This document shows, in pieces, positions 18,942 to 29,275 of a DNA stretch of 64,000 bases. Under the pieces are notes generated by a model. It did not search any database. It saw only the letters and a list, made by a program, of their open reading frames with translations, and was not told the origin of the DNA. The position numbers and the translations under genes were made by a program. Numbering within the stretch: the first letter of the stretch is position 1; the number at the start of each line of letters is the position of its first letter. Source of the DNA: Chlamydiales bacterium (GTDB lineage Bacteria > Chlamydiota > Chlamydiia > Chlamydiales > JACKPQ01); assembly GCA_024233435.1 (NCBI GenBank), contig JACKPQ010000001.1, positions 660,582 through 724,581 of the forward strand, in the 5' to 3' direction.

Positions 18942-20342
18942 CTAATAAATACCAAATGCCCTACACATGCTTCCCAAAAAGCTTTGTGGATCCATAAACA
19001 TTAGAGGGCATCTTGAATCTTCCTTCATATCTTCGATCTTATTGGATAGCCCTTCCTCATTTCTAATACGCGTCAAACGACGTCTGATGGCTTTTCCATT
19101 AGACCCCCTGGAGAAGGTTAATATGCTCTGAACCGCATATTTCCCGTCGAAGTAGGCCGTGACCACACTTTCACAATTTTTGGACAGAACAACAGTCAAC
19201 CCGTTATCAGGGTTACGCAATGTCATAGAATCCCCTGCCTCATTTGCAGTAACTTGCCCAACGTAGAAAGTTTTGAGCAATTCCTCTTTAGAAATAAATC
19301 TTTCGCGCATCCGGAGTTTAGCGTGAGAAGACAAGAGTCTTCTCTCAATAAGGCATCTAGACAGCATTTTGACCTTATTGTTTGGTAGCTGCTTAAAGGT
19401 TTTGGGTTCAGTAGGGTTATAATTGGGGATTGACTTGCAAAACATAAGCATCAAGTCAGCTTTTTCCGCCCTAGCATTCAAGCGAGTTAAGACCCTAGCT
19501 CTCGATAATCCGCGATAATTTTTGCCGGGCTCTCTAGCTTCATTAACTTCTAAAACTCTCTTTCCACAAACCATCTTTCCAAGTTTGGATACGTACCGCG
19601 CAACATCCAATTCCCAGTCCTCAATGCCCAACCATTTTAACTTTGGAAGTTTGCTGATAGTTTCGACAAGTGTTTCATTTAGATACTCAGAACGAAATAC
19701 ATTTGAGCGCAGGTCAAGATAGCGTAAACTCTCTGCTTTTTCGATGCCATCGAAAAAGGCTTGTCCAATATCGTCATACCAGCTATGCGCACTAAAGCCA
19801 AATGCCTTCAGCTTATCTTTTTCCAAAAGTCCAGCGATTGCATATGCATGCTTCATTTTAAAAGAATCTAAATGCAATGAAACCGACTGAAGCTTAATCC
19901 GAGACAGTATATCAACAAGCTTTATGAAAACATCATCTTTTTCGATTTTGACCGCTATTCTAAGGTCCTTTAACCTAGACTGGCTTGTAAGCCCTTGTTT
20001 TAAGATCTCGATGCTACGCTTTGTTAGCGAACGAAAACTTAGGTCTAAGCATACCCAATCCCGCTTGCCCATAAGAAGCTTGAAAACAGCCAGGCCTTTG
20101 CCATTGAGAGTGTCAAAACCTATCCTTAGAGCGCTCAAGGGCTCAGATGCCACCAATTTAATGGTGAGCTGTTTTAGCGCCTTATTACTTAGCCTGTTTC
20201 CAGTGATATCAAGATATTCAACCTTATGCCGTTTAATACAACTGACAAGAAATTGTGTATCTCTTGAAGATAAATGCCCGTTTCTAAAATCTGCGCGCGT
20301 AAAATCGCTATTGTGAAGCGTGGTGATGCTTGATAAAGTCAT
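18942..20342 (-). CDS. RNI-type leucine-rich-repeat protein with a C-terminal DUF4258-like small toxin-type domain
   Basis: The N-terminal ~270 aa have ~28-aa LRR units (LDITGNRLSNKALKQL, LDLSFRSLTKRSIEIL, LDLRSNVFRSEYL). The C-terminus, HAKLRMRERFISKEELLKTFYVGQV...GLTVVLSKNCESVVTAY, parallels the DUF4258 pattern HA..RM.ERGIS.EE......G....l.VV.......viTaY (recalled from memory). Confidence 0.6.
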   Translation of the reverse strand: MTLSSITTLHNSDFTRADFRNGHLSSRDTQFLVSCIKRHKVEYLDITGNRLSNKALKQLTIKLVASEPLSALRIGFDTLNGKGLAVFKLLMGKRDWVCLDLSFRSLTKRSIEILKQGLTSQSRLKDLRIAVKIEKDDVFIKLVDILSRIKLQSVSLHLDSFKMKHAYAIAGLLEKDKLKAFGFSAHSWYDDIGQAFFDGIEKAESLRYLDLRSNVFRSEYLNETLVETISKLPKLKWLGIEDWELDVARYVSKLGKMVCGKRVLEVNEAREPGKNYRGLSRARVLTRLNARAEKADLMLMFCKSIPNYNPTEPKTFKQLPNNKVKMLSRCLIERRLLSSHAKLRMRERFISKEELLKTFYVGQVTANEAGDSMTLRNPDNGLTVVLSKNCESVVTAYFDGKYAVQSILTFSRGSNGKAIRRRLTRIRNEEGLSNKIEDMKEDSRCPLMFMDPQSFLGSMCRAFGIY

Positions 20343-20542
20343 TTTATTTGCTGGTTAACTTTTTGTCTGCGCTATCTTAAAAGACTGAATAAAATCAGTC
20401 AATACGCAATCCAATGCTTTTAGTGAGGAATCTAGATTTTGGTTATAGTTTGGTTGCGCGGGAATTCACGACATACCTTTTGGTAAGCGAAACTACCAAG
20501 AAGCCAAAACACACGAGGGCAACCGTGGCGTTCAGTGAGAAA

Positions 20543-22084
20543 TTACCCTTCTGCCCCGTTGCTGCCTGCCTCGTTGCGGTAAGTGAGGTGAGATATGATG
20601 AGGGCAATGAGAGCGACCGAGAGCGCAAAAATATGCGTGACCACGAAGGCGAAGTGATAAGAGGCATAAAAGGCTGATTTGACAAGCGTTTGAATGTGAG
20701 GCTCTAGGGCATTGAGCTGAGCTAGGGCATCGTGGGCGTTGGCTAGCAATCCCCAGAAAAGCTTGGGTGAGAGCGTAGCGGTGGCGGGGTTTTCGGCAAG
20801 GCGAGATGCAAAGTTAAAGTGACGCACGTTGATAATCATGGATCCAAAGAGAGCGATACCGAGGGTTCCGCCCGTGTAGCGCGCTGTGTAAAACATGCCT
20901 GAGCCTAGCCCTCGCTTACGCGGTGGCAAAATTGCTAATGTCGAGGCGCTATTTGGGGTCATGATCAGCGCCATACTGATCCCATAGAAAAATAGGCCAG
21001 GAATGAGATTTTTCACATTATCGAACTGAAGAAAGATTGCGAACCATCCAAGACAGAACGAGGCGATGGTAAACCCAATTAGAATTGGTAGGCGGGGACC
21101 AAAACGATCTTGCATCCAGCCCGATAGAGGGGCTGAAACAATCACTGGGATTGTCGAGAAAAGTGTCACCGCACCTGCTTGTAGGGGTGAAAGGCCTAAG
21201 GCTTTTTGAAAAAAAATGGGCCAGAAAACCGAAATCATTAACAAAAACTGCACAGCAAATACAATGATGCTCCCACCGAGATAAATCCGCTTTGTATAAA
21301 GCTTAAAGTCTATAAAAGGGTGTTGGGCAATCCGATCTGTAACATATAGCAGAAAGAAGAAAAGCACGGCTATGATAAGGAGCAAAACGATCACTGGAGA
21401 TCCCCATCCCCAAACACGGCCTTGCATAAGCGCTATCGTTAAAGAGGCCAAGGCTGCTGAAAAAGTGATGAATCCAGGAATATCAAAACTCTCTTCTGAT
21501 AAGTCATCAGTCTGTGGCACTGAATATAGAACAAGAGCTATCCCGATGAGGGCAATTGGAAGGTTGAGCCAGAAAATCCATCGCCAAGATAGAAACTCTG
21601 TTAAAAAACCCCCTACTGAAGGCCCCAGGGATAAAAAAATGGAGCTGATGCCAATAAGCAAGCCCATTGCTTTGCCGCGTTCTTTATAAGGGAAAATATC
21701 GATAATAATGGCCCAGCTCGCTGGCCCCATCATGGCTCCCCCAATCCCTTGCAAACAACGAGCACTGATCAGCCAAGTGCTTGTTAGGGCCATCCCACCA
21801 AAGATGGATGCTAAGGCAAAAATGACCATACCAATACTAAAAATACGCCTATGTCCGTACATATCTGCTAATCTTCCGCAGGCTAGAACAAGGGTAGCCA
21901 TCGCTAGAAAGTAGACGTTAATCACCCAATTGATGCCTGTCGAGCTGACTCTTAAGTCGATCTGAATAGTCGGCGTTGCAACGGGTAAAACGGTGGAATC
22001 TAAAAATAACATTGAGACGCCGCACATAAGACCTATGAGGGCAATCCACTTTTTTAAACGCTTTGAACGTTGTACATTCGGCAT
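20543..22084 (-). CDS. MFS transporter, DHA2 (EmrB/QacA, 14-TMS) family
   Basis: About 14 hydrophobic segments and MFS motif A (GRLADMYGHRRIF). The length is typical of DHA2. Confidence 0.8.
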   Translation of the reverse strand: MPNVQRSKRLKKWIALIGLMCGVSMLFLDSTVLPVATPTIQIDLRVSSTGINWVINVYFLAMATLVLACGRLADMYGHRRIFSIGMVIFALASIFGGMALTSTWLISARCLQGIGGAMMGPASWAIIIDIFPYKERGKAMGLLIGISSIFLSLGPSVGGFLTEFLSWRWIFWLNLPIALIGIALVLYSVPQTDDLSEESFDIPGFITFSAALASLTIALMQGRVWGWGSPVIVLLLIIAVLFFFLLYVTDRIAQHPFIDFKLYTKRIYLGGSIIVFAVQFLLMISVFWPIFFQKALGLSPLQAGAVTLFSTIPVIVSAPLSGWMQDRFGPRLPILIGFTIASFCLGWFAIFLQFDNVKNLIPGLFFYGISMALIMTPNSASTLAILPPRKRGLGSGMFYTARYTGGTLGIALFGSMIINVRHFNFASRLAENPATATLSPKLFWGLLANAHDALAQLNALEPHIQTLVKSAFYASYHFAFVVTHIFALSVALIALIISHLTYRNEAGSNGAEG

Positions 22085-22175
22085 ACGGCTTTTTATATAC
22101 CATTTTTGATTTTATAGCTCAACTTGGATCTTCTGTCCCAATTCATTGGGGTGATAGCCCGAAACACAAAAAAGA

Positions 22176-23111
22176 ATGAAAAAATTTTCCCCATGCGTTA
22201 GACTAGGATTGATGAGAAAGTTATTTGTTGTTTTTTTGATAGTGGGGGGCTTTTTTGCTCTGGAGCGCTTATGTCATAAAGCAACAGATGGGTTTGCTCT
22301 CAATAGAATTGCTTATCCACTTGATGTGGAAGTTGTTGAAAGCAACAAACCCCTTTCGGTCGAGCACCAGTTTGCCCTGAATATTCTGCGTACTGAAAAA
22401 TTCTACTACTTAGGAAGTGGCGCGCAAGTCTATGCCTTTTGCACTAAGGATAACCAGTACGTCTTAAAGTTGTTTAAATTCCACCACATGCGCATTCCTC
22501 CGATTGTGAGTAAGCTCCCTTTGACTAAAGGGCTAGAGAAATTGCGCAAAGAAAAAATCGATTTTAAAACAAATATTATCAAAGACGTTTTTAATAGCTT
22601 TACAATCGCCTACAATCACTTGAAAGAAGAGACAGCTCTATTGCTTGTCCACCTAAATCGAACGAACCATCTAAATGGCAGCGTGCACATCGTCGACCGG
22701 ATCAACAATGAATATAATCTCGATCTCGATAACACCTATTTTGTCCTACAGCATTATGCCACGCTTGCCTATGATCAAATTGATACCTGGATGGAGCAGA
22801 AAGAAATCACCAAAGCCCGCAATGGCATACGCTCTTTAGTGAAATTGGCTGCCAAGCGCTGTCAAAAAGGTATCATGGATAAAGATCCTGATTTCAGCAC
22901 TAACTTTGGCTTTATCAACGGTAAAGCCAGGCAAATTGATATTGGTCGATTTGCCCACAATATTAACGAGTGTAAACCCGATATTTACGGGCCCGAGATG
23001 ATCCGAATCACGCGCCCTTTTAGAAATTGGCTCGAAGCGCATCACGAAGCCCTAGTTGAGGTATTAGATGAAGAAGTGGAAAGGATATCCGGGCCGCAGG
23101 CTGGCATTTAA
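22176..23111 (+). CDS. Membrane-anchored protein-kinase-like protein, paralogue 1
   Basis: An N-terminal TM is followed by ERLCHKATDGF. A Gly-rich loop-like YLGSGAQVYAF and YVLKLFK (beta3-Lys-like) are present, then DKDPDFSTNFGF (catalytic-loop-like D....N) and QIDIGRF (DFG-like). Confidence 0.55.
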   Translation: MKKFSPCVRLGLMRKLFVVFLIVGGFFALERLCHKATDGFALNRIAYPLDVEVVESNKPLSVEHQFALNILRTEKFYYLGSGAQVYAFCTKDNQYVLKLFKFHHMRIPPIVSKLPLTKGLEKLRKEKIDFKTNIIKDVFNSFTIAYNHLKEETALLLVHLNRTNHLNGSVHIVDRINNEYNLDLDNTYFVLQHYATLAYDQIDTWMEQKEITKARNGIRSLVKLAAKRCQKGIMDKDPDFSTNFGFINGKARQIDIGRFAHNINECKPDIYGPEMIRITRPFRNWLEAHHEALVEVLDEEVERISGPQAGI

Positions 23112-23937
23112 TGCTCTCATATTTTTCGCTTGTTTTACTCTTGTAGAACGCCTCTGTCATTTGGCTACAGATGGTTTTTCCGTGATGCGTATTTACCCTC
23201 CATTTCAAATAGACTCATTTTTTGATCCTCCTGCACCAAGTCAAGAGGTTTGCAAGCACCTTAATCAAAGCTACCGTTATCTAGGATCTGGGAGTCAAAG
23301 TTTTGCTTTTCTATCTGAAGATGGTCAATACGTCCTTAAATTTTTCAAGCTTAAAACCGGCTACTGGAGAGTTCCAAGCTTATCACGCCCAAAACGCAGG
23401 CGTGAATCTTTCACAGCGGCTTTTCAAAGTTGTTTGATCCACGCAGACACTTTTAAAGATGAATCAGGCGTTGTATATTGTCACTTAAAAGCCTCTAATC
23501 ACAATCTGCCTACAGTCACACTAATTGACCGCAATCGAAGGCTTTTGTCATTAGACCTATCCACCCTTCCTTTTGTTCTTCAAAAGTACGCCGAACCTGT
23601 AGATCAACGATTGCTACGGTTTAAAAAGGCAAATGATCGCAAATCAGCTGAGCAAACAATTGATCAACTTTTCAACGTTCTTCTAAAGCGCTATCACTTG
23701 GGCCTTTCAGACCGTGATCCCAATTTGATCACTAACTTTGGATTCATCGATAATCAAGCCGTTTCAATTGATGTGGGAGGTCTTGTCAATAACAGGCAAG
23801 ACCTCAAAACTTACTTTTGTGAGCACGAAATCCTCAAGGCTAAACATAAATGCAACCGCTGGCTATATAAGCACAACCCAGATCTTGTTGATCACGTAGA
23901 GAAAATTGTTGAAGACATAATTTCTTCAGAGCGTTAG
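23068..23937 (+). CDS. Membrane-anchored protein-kinase-like protein, paralogue 2
   Basis: Same architecture as paralogue 1: TM + ERLCHLATDGF, YLGSGSQSFAF, YVLKFFK, DRDPNLITNFGF, SIDVGG. The annotated start overlaps paralogue 1 by 44 nt. Confidence 0.55.
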   Translation: MKKWKGYPGRRLAFNALIFFACFTLVERLCHLATDGFSVMRIYPPFQIDSFFDPPAPSQEVCKHLNQSYRYLGSGSQSFAFLSEDGQYVLKFFKLKTGYWRVPSLSRPKRRRESFTAAFQSCLIHADTFKDESGVVYCHLKASNHNLPTVTLIDRNRRLLSLDLSTLPFVLQKYAEPVDQRLLRFKKANDRKSAEQTIDQLFNVLLKRYHLGLSDRDPNLITNFGFIDNQAVSIDVGGLVNNRQDLKTYFCEHEILKAKHKCNRWLYKHNPDLVDHVEKIVEDIISSER

Positions 23938-23970
23938 AATGTGAAAGATTAACAACTTTACGGAGCTACT

Positions 23971-25569
23971 ATGAAAAAGATGTGCGTTTTCACTCTATCA
24001 CTGGTCTGTTTGATGCTGAGCGGATGCTCAGAAAAAGAGACCTGCGGCAAAGCGGATCAGAAAATCCTAAAGATTTGTTATGATCACAATCCAACAACGC
24101 CTGATCCTCGCCGCGGTGGGGATATGGTCACAAATGTTTCCTCCTTTATGCTTTTTGAAGGACTGACTGCCACTACTAAAGAAGGTGAGCTTGAGCCATC
24201 TCTTGCGCAAAGCTACGAAATCTCAGAAGATAAAACCGAGTACACCTTTCATCTACGTCCATCTAAATGGTCTGATGGCGTGCCTTTAACCGCTCATGAT
24301 TTCGAATATAGTTGGAAAACGCTTCTCTCACCTGATTTCCCCTCGCCTTGCGCTTTTTTGCTTTACCCAATCAATAACGCCCGCCAAGCTAAGGAGGGAA
24401 ACGTTTCCACTGATGAAATTGGCGTAAAAGCTCTTGACGATCATACTTTGCTAGTCAAATTGGAAAAACCCTGCCCTTACTTCCTTAAGCTTGTCTCTTT
24501 CTATACTTTTTATCCTATCCCTAAACACATAGACATAGCCAACCCTGATTGGGCTTTCCACCCATCTAGCGATACGGTTTCAAATGGCCCTTTCAAAATC
24601 AAATCATGGCAATTTGGCATTGAAATTGATTGTGCGAGAAATGAGAATTACTGGAATGATAAGGCAGTCCACTTAGATGGAATCAATATCAGCATCATTT
24701 CTGATCCTAATACGTCCCTACAAATGTTTGAGCAAGGTAAATTTGACTGGATCGGAGATCCTGTCTCTCCAATCCCTGTTGATGCTCTTGCCAATAGCAA
24801 CTGCGTTTTTTCAAACTCTATTGCAGCTTGTACGTTTGTCCCCTTCAATGTCGACAGATTTCCCTTTAATAACGCTAATATCCGCAAAGCTTTCTCCTAC
24901 GCTATGAACAGGGAAGCAATCACTCAACACATCACACAAATGGATGAAGAACCAGCAACGCGTTTTGTTCCATCTGTTTTTGCTGGCTACGATCAAGAAG
25001 AGCTCATACCAGCTCAAGGCGATAAGCAAAAAGCTTTAGAGTTTTTTGCTCTTGGTTGCCAGGAGTTAGGGATAAATGCCAAAGATTTCCCTACTTTGAC
25101 GCTGATTTCTCCTGTGGCTGGGCATTACAACAAACTTGCACAGGCCCTACAACAACAGCTAAGGGATGTCCTCAATGTAAATATTCAGATCAGCGATAAA
25201 GATCTTAAGCTTGTACTTGATGATCTTGTGAAGCGCAATTACGACTTTGGTCTTGTTATGCTTGTTGCCCAATATCAAGATCCAATGAATATTTTTGAGC
25301 GCTTTATGTTTAAACAAACACCTAAAAACTACTCGGGATTTGAAAATTCCAATTATATCTCTCTTATTGACGCCTCGTTTTACGCAAAATCAGATGGTGA
25401 GCGAAACCAGATCTTTAGTGAAGCAGAAAAGCTTTTAGCTAACGAAATGCCCTACGCACCCCTTTATTTTTATAACTCTCATTCATTAATGAAGCCAAAT
25501 GTAAAAGGGTTATTCATGACACCTGTAAGCACTCTACACTTCCGGGATGTTGATTTCATAGAAGAATAA
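23971..25569 (+). CDS. oppA: Peptide ABC transporter substrate-binding lipoprotein (family 5 SBP, OppA-like), copy 1
   Basis: Lipobox LMLSGC. Family-5 SBP segments DPRRGGD, LFEGLT and WSDGVPLTAHDFEYSW. Confidence 0.85.
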   Translation: MKKMCVFTLSLVCLMLSGCSEKETCGKADQKILKICYDHNPTTPDPRRGGDMVTNVSSFMLFEGLTATTKEGELEPSLAQSYEISEDKTEYTFHLRPSKWSDGVPLTAHDFEYSWKTLLSPDFPSPCAFLLYPINNARQAKEGNVSTDEIGVKALDDHTLLVKLEKPCPYFLKLVSFYTFYPIPKHIDIANPDWAFHPSSDTVSNGPFKIKSWQFGIEIDCARNENYWNDKAVHLDGINISIISDPNTSLQMFEQGKFDWIGDPVSPIPVDALANSNCVFSNSIAACTFVPFNVDRFPFNNANIRKAFSYAMNREAITQHITQMDEEPATRFVPSVFAGYDQEELIPAQGDKQKALEFFALGCQELGINAKDFPTLTLISPVAGHYNKLAQALQQQLRDVLNVNIQISDKDLKLVLDDLVKRNYDFGLVMLVAQYQDPMNIFERFMFKQTPKNYSGFENSNYISLIDASFYAKSDGERNQIFSEAEKLLANEMPYAPLYFYNSHSLMKPNVKGLFMTPVSTLHFRDVDFIEE

Positions 25570-25583
25570 CATTGGAGGTATCC

Positions 25584-27185
25584 TTGAGTGGATATAGAAA
25601 ACAAGCGGCCACTTTCATTGTTGGACTTCTTCTCATCTTGTCAGGGTGCAAAGGGAAAAAAGCCTGTGAGCACCCGCAAGTTCTTAGGTTAAACATGTCT
25701 GCTACACCCTCGACGTTTGACCCACGCCGCAGTGGTGATCTTGTATCAACCTGTCTTCATTTTTTTCTTTTTGAAGGTCTGACGCGTTTGACAGATGTCG
25801 GACCTGGGGAACCCGGAGTTGCAGAAAAGGTAGAGGTGTCCAAAGACGGTCTGACATATCTCTTTTCTCTGCGTCAATCGCTCTGGTCAGATGGCATGCC
25901 GGTGACAGCAAGCGATTTTGAATTTGCTTGGAAATCTATTCTTAATCCAGAGTTTCCCTGTCCTAACGCTCATCTGCTTTATTCAATTAAAAATGCCCAG
26001 CTAGCAAAGCAGGGCCTTGTAGATATTGATGAAGTGGGAATCGAGGTGATCGACCCTCAAACTCTTAAGGTTACATTAGAAACTCCAGCTCCCTATTTTT
26101 TAGAAATCGTTTCTTTTGCAACGCTGCATCCTGTTCCTAAGCACATTGCCCAAAATCAACAGAACTGGTCTGATCAAAATCCACTTGTTGTCAATGGTGC
26201 TTTTAAATTGGACAACTACGTCCGTAGACAGGAAATGGAATTGGTCACAAACGAAAAGTACTGGGATCACAAGCATATTCATCTAGAAAAAATTAAGGTT
26301 AGCTTCATTGAAGATGAGATGACCGCTTTGCAAATGTATGAGAGGGGTGAGCTCGACATTCTAGGGGGATACTACACGCGAATTCCTGAAACTGCAATTA
26401 GTTCATTGAAGAAATCGGGAGATTTGCGCACGTATCCAGTACCTGGCTCTACACATCTTGCGTTTAACTTAAAGCAATGGCCCTTCGATCAAGCATGCTT
26501 TCGAAAAGCTCTTTCAGCTGCTATCGATCGGCAAGAAATTGTTACCGGCATTACTCAACTCAACGAAAGCCCTGCCTACGACCTCATCCCTCCATCACTT
26601 AAAGATGAAATCATGATGCCCTATCATTTAACCCAAGATCCTAAGTCATTATTTGATGAAGCTTTAGATCAAATGAACATCACAAAAGATGAGCTACCCA
26701 CGATTACCCTTTCCTACTCAAAGGCTGCACTCTCCCATAACGTTGCACAGGCCATCCAGCAACAATGGACAGAAACGCTTGGAATCAATGTTCAGCTATC
26801 ATCAACCGAGCACAAACTCCACTTAAACCGTTTAATGAAGCATCAATTCCAGGTGGCCATTTTTAATATTTGGGCTCAGTATAGCGACCCCCTCAGTATC
26901 CTTGAACGCTTTGCTTATGCAGACAACCCTAAAAACTATATGAGTTGGAACAATCCCGATTATAACCTCTGTTTATCTCAACAGCCTAATTTACAGAAAC
27001 GGCGCAGTTTTTTAGCCCAAGCTGAGCGTATTTTACTCAATGAATCACCTATAGCTCCGATTTTTCACTGGCAACACGCAATTTTACAAAAGCCCTATTT
27101 GAAAAATGTTCATATTTCTAGAAGCGGTGGCATTTACTTACATGAGGCTTCAATTGACCTAGACGAAAAAGGTCAATATCGATAG
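25584..27185 (+). CDS. oppA: Peptide ABC transporter substrate-binding lipoprotein (OppA-like), copy 2
   Basis: Paralogue of copy 1 (DPRRSGD, LFEGLT, WSDGMPVTASDFEFAW; lipobox ILSGC). TTG 25584 lies 5 nt after GGAGG; the track start TTG 25572 overlaps that RBS. Confidence 0.85.
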   Translation: MSGYRKQAATFIVGLLLILSGCKGKKACEHPQVLRLNMSATPSTFDPRRSGDLVSTCLHFFLFEGLTRLTDVGPGEPGVAEKVEVSKDGLTYLFSLRQSLWSDGMPVTASDFEFAWKSILNPEFPCPNAHLLYSIKNAQLAKQGLVDIDEVGIEVIDPQTLKVTLETPAPYFLEIVSFATLHPVPKHIAQNQQNWSDQNPLVVNGAFKLDNYVRRQEMELVTNEKYWDHKHIHLEKIKVSFIEDEMTALQMYERGELDILGGYYTRIPETAISSLKKSGDLRTYPVPGSTHLAFNLKQWPFDQACFRKALSAAIDRQEIVTGITQLNESPAYDLIPPSLKDEIMMPYHLTQDPKSLFDEALDQMNITKDELPTITLSYSKAALSHNVAQAIQQQWTETLGINVQLSSTEHKLHLNRLMKHQFQVAIFNIWAQYSDPLSILERFAYADNPKNYMSWNNPDYNLCLSQQPNLQKRRSFLAQAERILLNESPIAPIFHWQHAILQKPYLKNVHISRSGGIYLHEASIDLDEKGQYR

Positions 27186-27196
27186 TCTTAAGCTTT

Positions 27197-29275
27197 ATGG
27201 ACCATCTAGACATCGAGTGCGCTCATCCTTACCCTGCTGGCTATGAGGATATTTTCCCAGAATTTATTGCATATATTAAAAAAGTGATATGCCGCTCCCT
27301 GCCTGATGATTTTATGCATTGCGGGCCAGAAGGTGTCTCTAAGGCCATTGACCAACTAAAAGATAACTTACCAATTGTTGAGTTTTCAAACCCAACATCT
27401 GTACCTTGCACAATCCAACTTAACGTTATCACTTTTAGCAAGGACACCCACGGAGCTGGACGCTTTTTGTGCGACCTTATCAATCGCTGGCTTATCCCAG
27501 GGAAACAGATCCAGATTGGGATTTCCCACTCTCTGATATTTTATTTTAAACAAGCTCCTACCAAAGAGTTTTTTATCCACATCTTAGGTGGTTACATTCA
27601 AGACAATGCTGAGCTTCAAATTGTTAAACGTCAATTTCCAAAGTTAAGAAGTGAAATTCAAACGATTCTCCGCTCGGTTGTTCATGCACGTAAGGTCATT
27701 GCATCTAACGTTATTGGCATTGAACATAAACGCACTTTTATTGAAGAAAATCTGCTCTCATTGCTTGATAGGCCGAAAAAAGATTTGGATCAAACAATGC
27801 ATGACCTCATGCATCAGTTTTTCATTCGTGCATCGTCTGAATACAATATTGAAAAAATCAAAGAAAACTTTGCTCGACTAGTCCACAAGGCCCCCCATCA
27901 AGTTGATCGAGATATCTTTAACGAAATTCAGCACTATGTTCTGCTATTTCGCGATCTTTTTATGGCCGCCAGGACTCGTCACCACCTTTATAGAATCATT
28001 AGTTATAAATACCTCTTTCGTAAATCGATTGCATATGCTGTTCGGGAAAATCCCAATCGTCGCTATATGCCCATAAAGTTTTTACCAGCAGTTCTAGAGG
28101 AAAACCAACGCGTGCTGGGGCTTATTGTCGGGTACAATTCACTGAGTGAAAATGAAGTTTTTGAAGCGCGTCATATTTTAGCTGCTGTACGCACCTATTT
28201 GAGCGATGCGCAAATCGTCCCTAACTCCTACATTGTTGATAATCGCAAAGATGCTCAAGTCCGCACCTGCTATCTGGAAATTACAAATAAAAATCAAATC
28301 CCCCTTACACCAAAAGAGCTTGCCTTACTTCGAAACAAATTACCAAAAGAGCTTCCCTCACGCATTGAATCAATCAGCCACCACCTTTTTGTCCACCGAA
28401 ACGAAGAAGAGGTCATGAGAAATATTCTTATCCTTAGTAAACAGCTTAAATTTGTGCGGGATATCCCTCAGGTTATTATCAACTTTGATAAGCAGACAGA
28501 ATCTACTCTTTGTTTCACTGTTATTTTGCTGCGCTTGATTAAGCCTGATTCTATTCCGCTGCGACAACTGCTAAATAAGGATGAGAATAAGTTTACATTC
28601 TTTGACTATGATGTAAAAATCGTTGGAAATTTACGAAAAAAATACCCTAAAGAAGCTAATGTTTTTGAAATGCGTGTCGATAAACACCTCTATTTGAGAG
28701 GCGATAATTCAATCGATCTCTATCGAGCCCGTCAAGCTGTTATGGGGCAATTGGTTGACCTGGTTGGAGAAGTGCGCGATTACAATGGAGGCATGATTTC
28801 AAAACAAACTGAGGCACTTGAAGAACTACGCTCTCTTTTAAAACCAGAAGCTATTAGCAACGATTTCCTATTAGAAAACTTTTTCTACTCCACAGTTCCA
28901 ACCTACATGCAAAGCGTAATCCCTGTAGACCAGTATCGGACTCTTTTTCTATTTCTTAACACAATCGCTGAAAACCCTTCAAGAGAGCAACCCTATCAAA
29001 TGCAGTATTCCATTAAAGAGGAATTTTGCATCATTGCCATTGGGGCTGTGGATAGCACCTTTAAAGAAAATATTGCCCTAGCCATTGATCAGCTCAACAT
29101 ACGCGCCCCTGAGATTTGCGTGACCTCAGTTAGGATCTACGATCTTTTTTGCGTCGGCTATCTTTATCGGTATGAAAATAAGAAAAGAGCTGAAGAGCTT
29201 ATCAGCGCTGTTAAGCAATCTTTAGCACAATGGGAAACAACCCTTAAAAAATCTGTGGACCTTGTAGCGAGATGA
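27197..29275 (+). CDS. Large hypothetical protein (692 aa)
   Basis: Uninterrupted ORF 11 nt after oppA copy 2. Its stop overlaps the start of the next gene (ATGA). No motif recognised. Confidence 0.6.
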   Translation: MDHLDIECAHPYPAGYEDIFPEFIAYIKKVICRSLPDDFMHCGPEGVSKAIDQLKDNLPIVEFSNPTSVPCTIQLNVITFSKDTHGAGRFLCDLINRWLIPGKQIQIGISHSLIFYFKQAPTKEFFIHILGGYIQDNAELQIVKRQFPKLRSEIQTILRSVVHARKVIASNVIGIEHKRTFIEENLLSLLDRPKKDLDQTMHDLMHQFFIRASSEYNIEKIKENFARLVHKAPHQVDRDIFNEIQHYVLLFRDLFMAARTRHHLYRIISYKYLFRKSIAYAVRENPNRRYMPIKFLPAVLEENQRVLGLIVGYNSLSENEVFEARHILAAVRTYLSDAQIVPNSYIVDNRKDAQVRTCYLEITNKNQIPLTPKELALLRNKLPKELPSRIESISHHLFVHRNEEEVMRNILILSKQLKFVRDIPQVIINFDKQTESTLCFTVILLRLIKPDSIPLRQLLNKDENKFTFFDYDVKIVGNLRKKYPKEANVFEMRVDKHLYLRGDNSIDLYRARQAVMGQLVDLVGEVRDYNGGMISKQTEALEELRSLLKPEAISNDFLLENFFYSTVPTYMQSVIPVDQYRTLFLFLNTIAENPSREQPYQMQYSIKEEFCIIAIGAVDSTFKENIALAIDQLNIRAPEICVTSVRIYDLFCVGYLYRYENKKRAEELISAVKQSLAQWETTLKKSVDLVAR

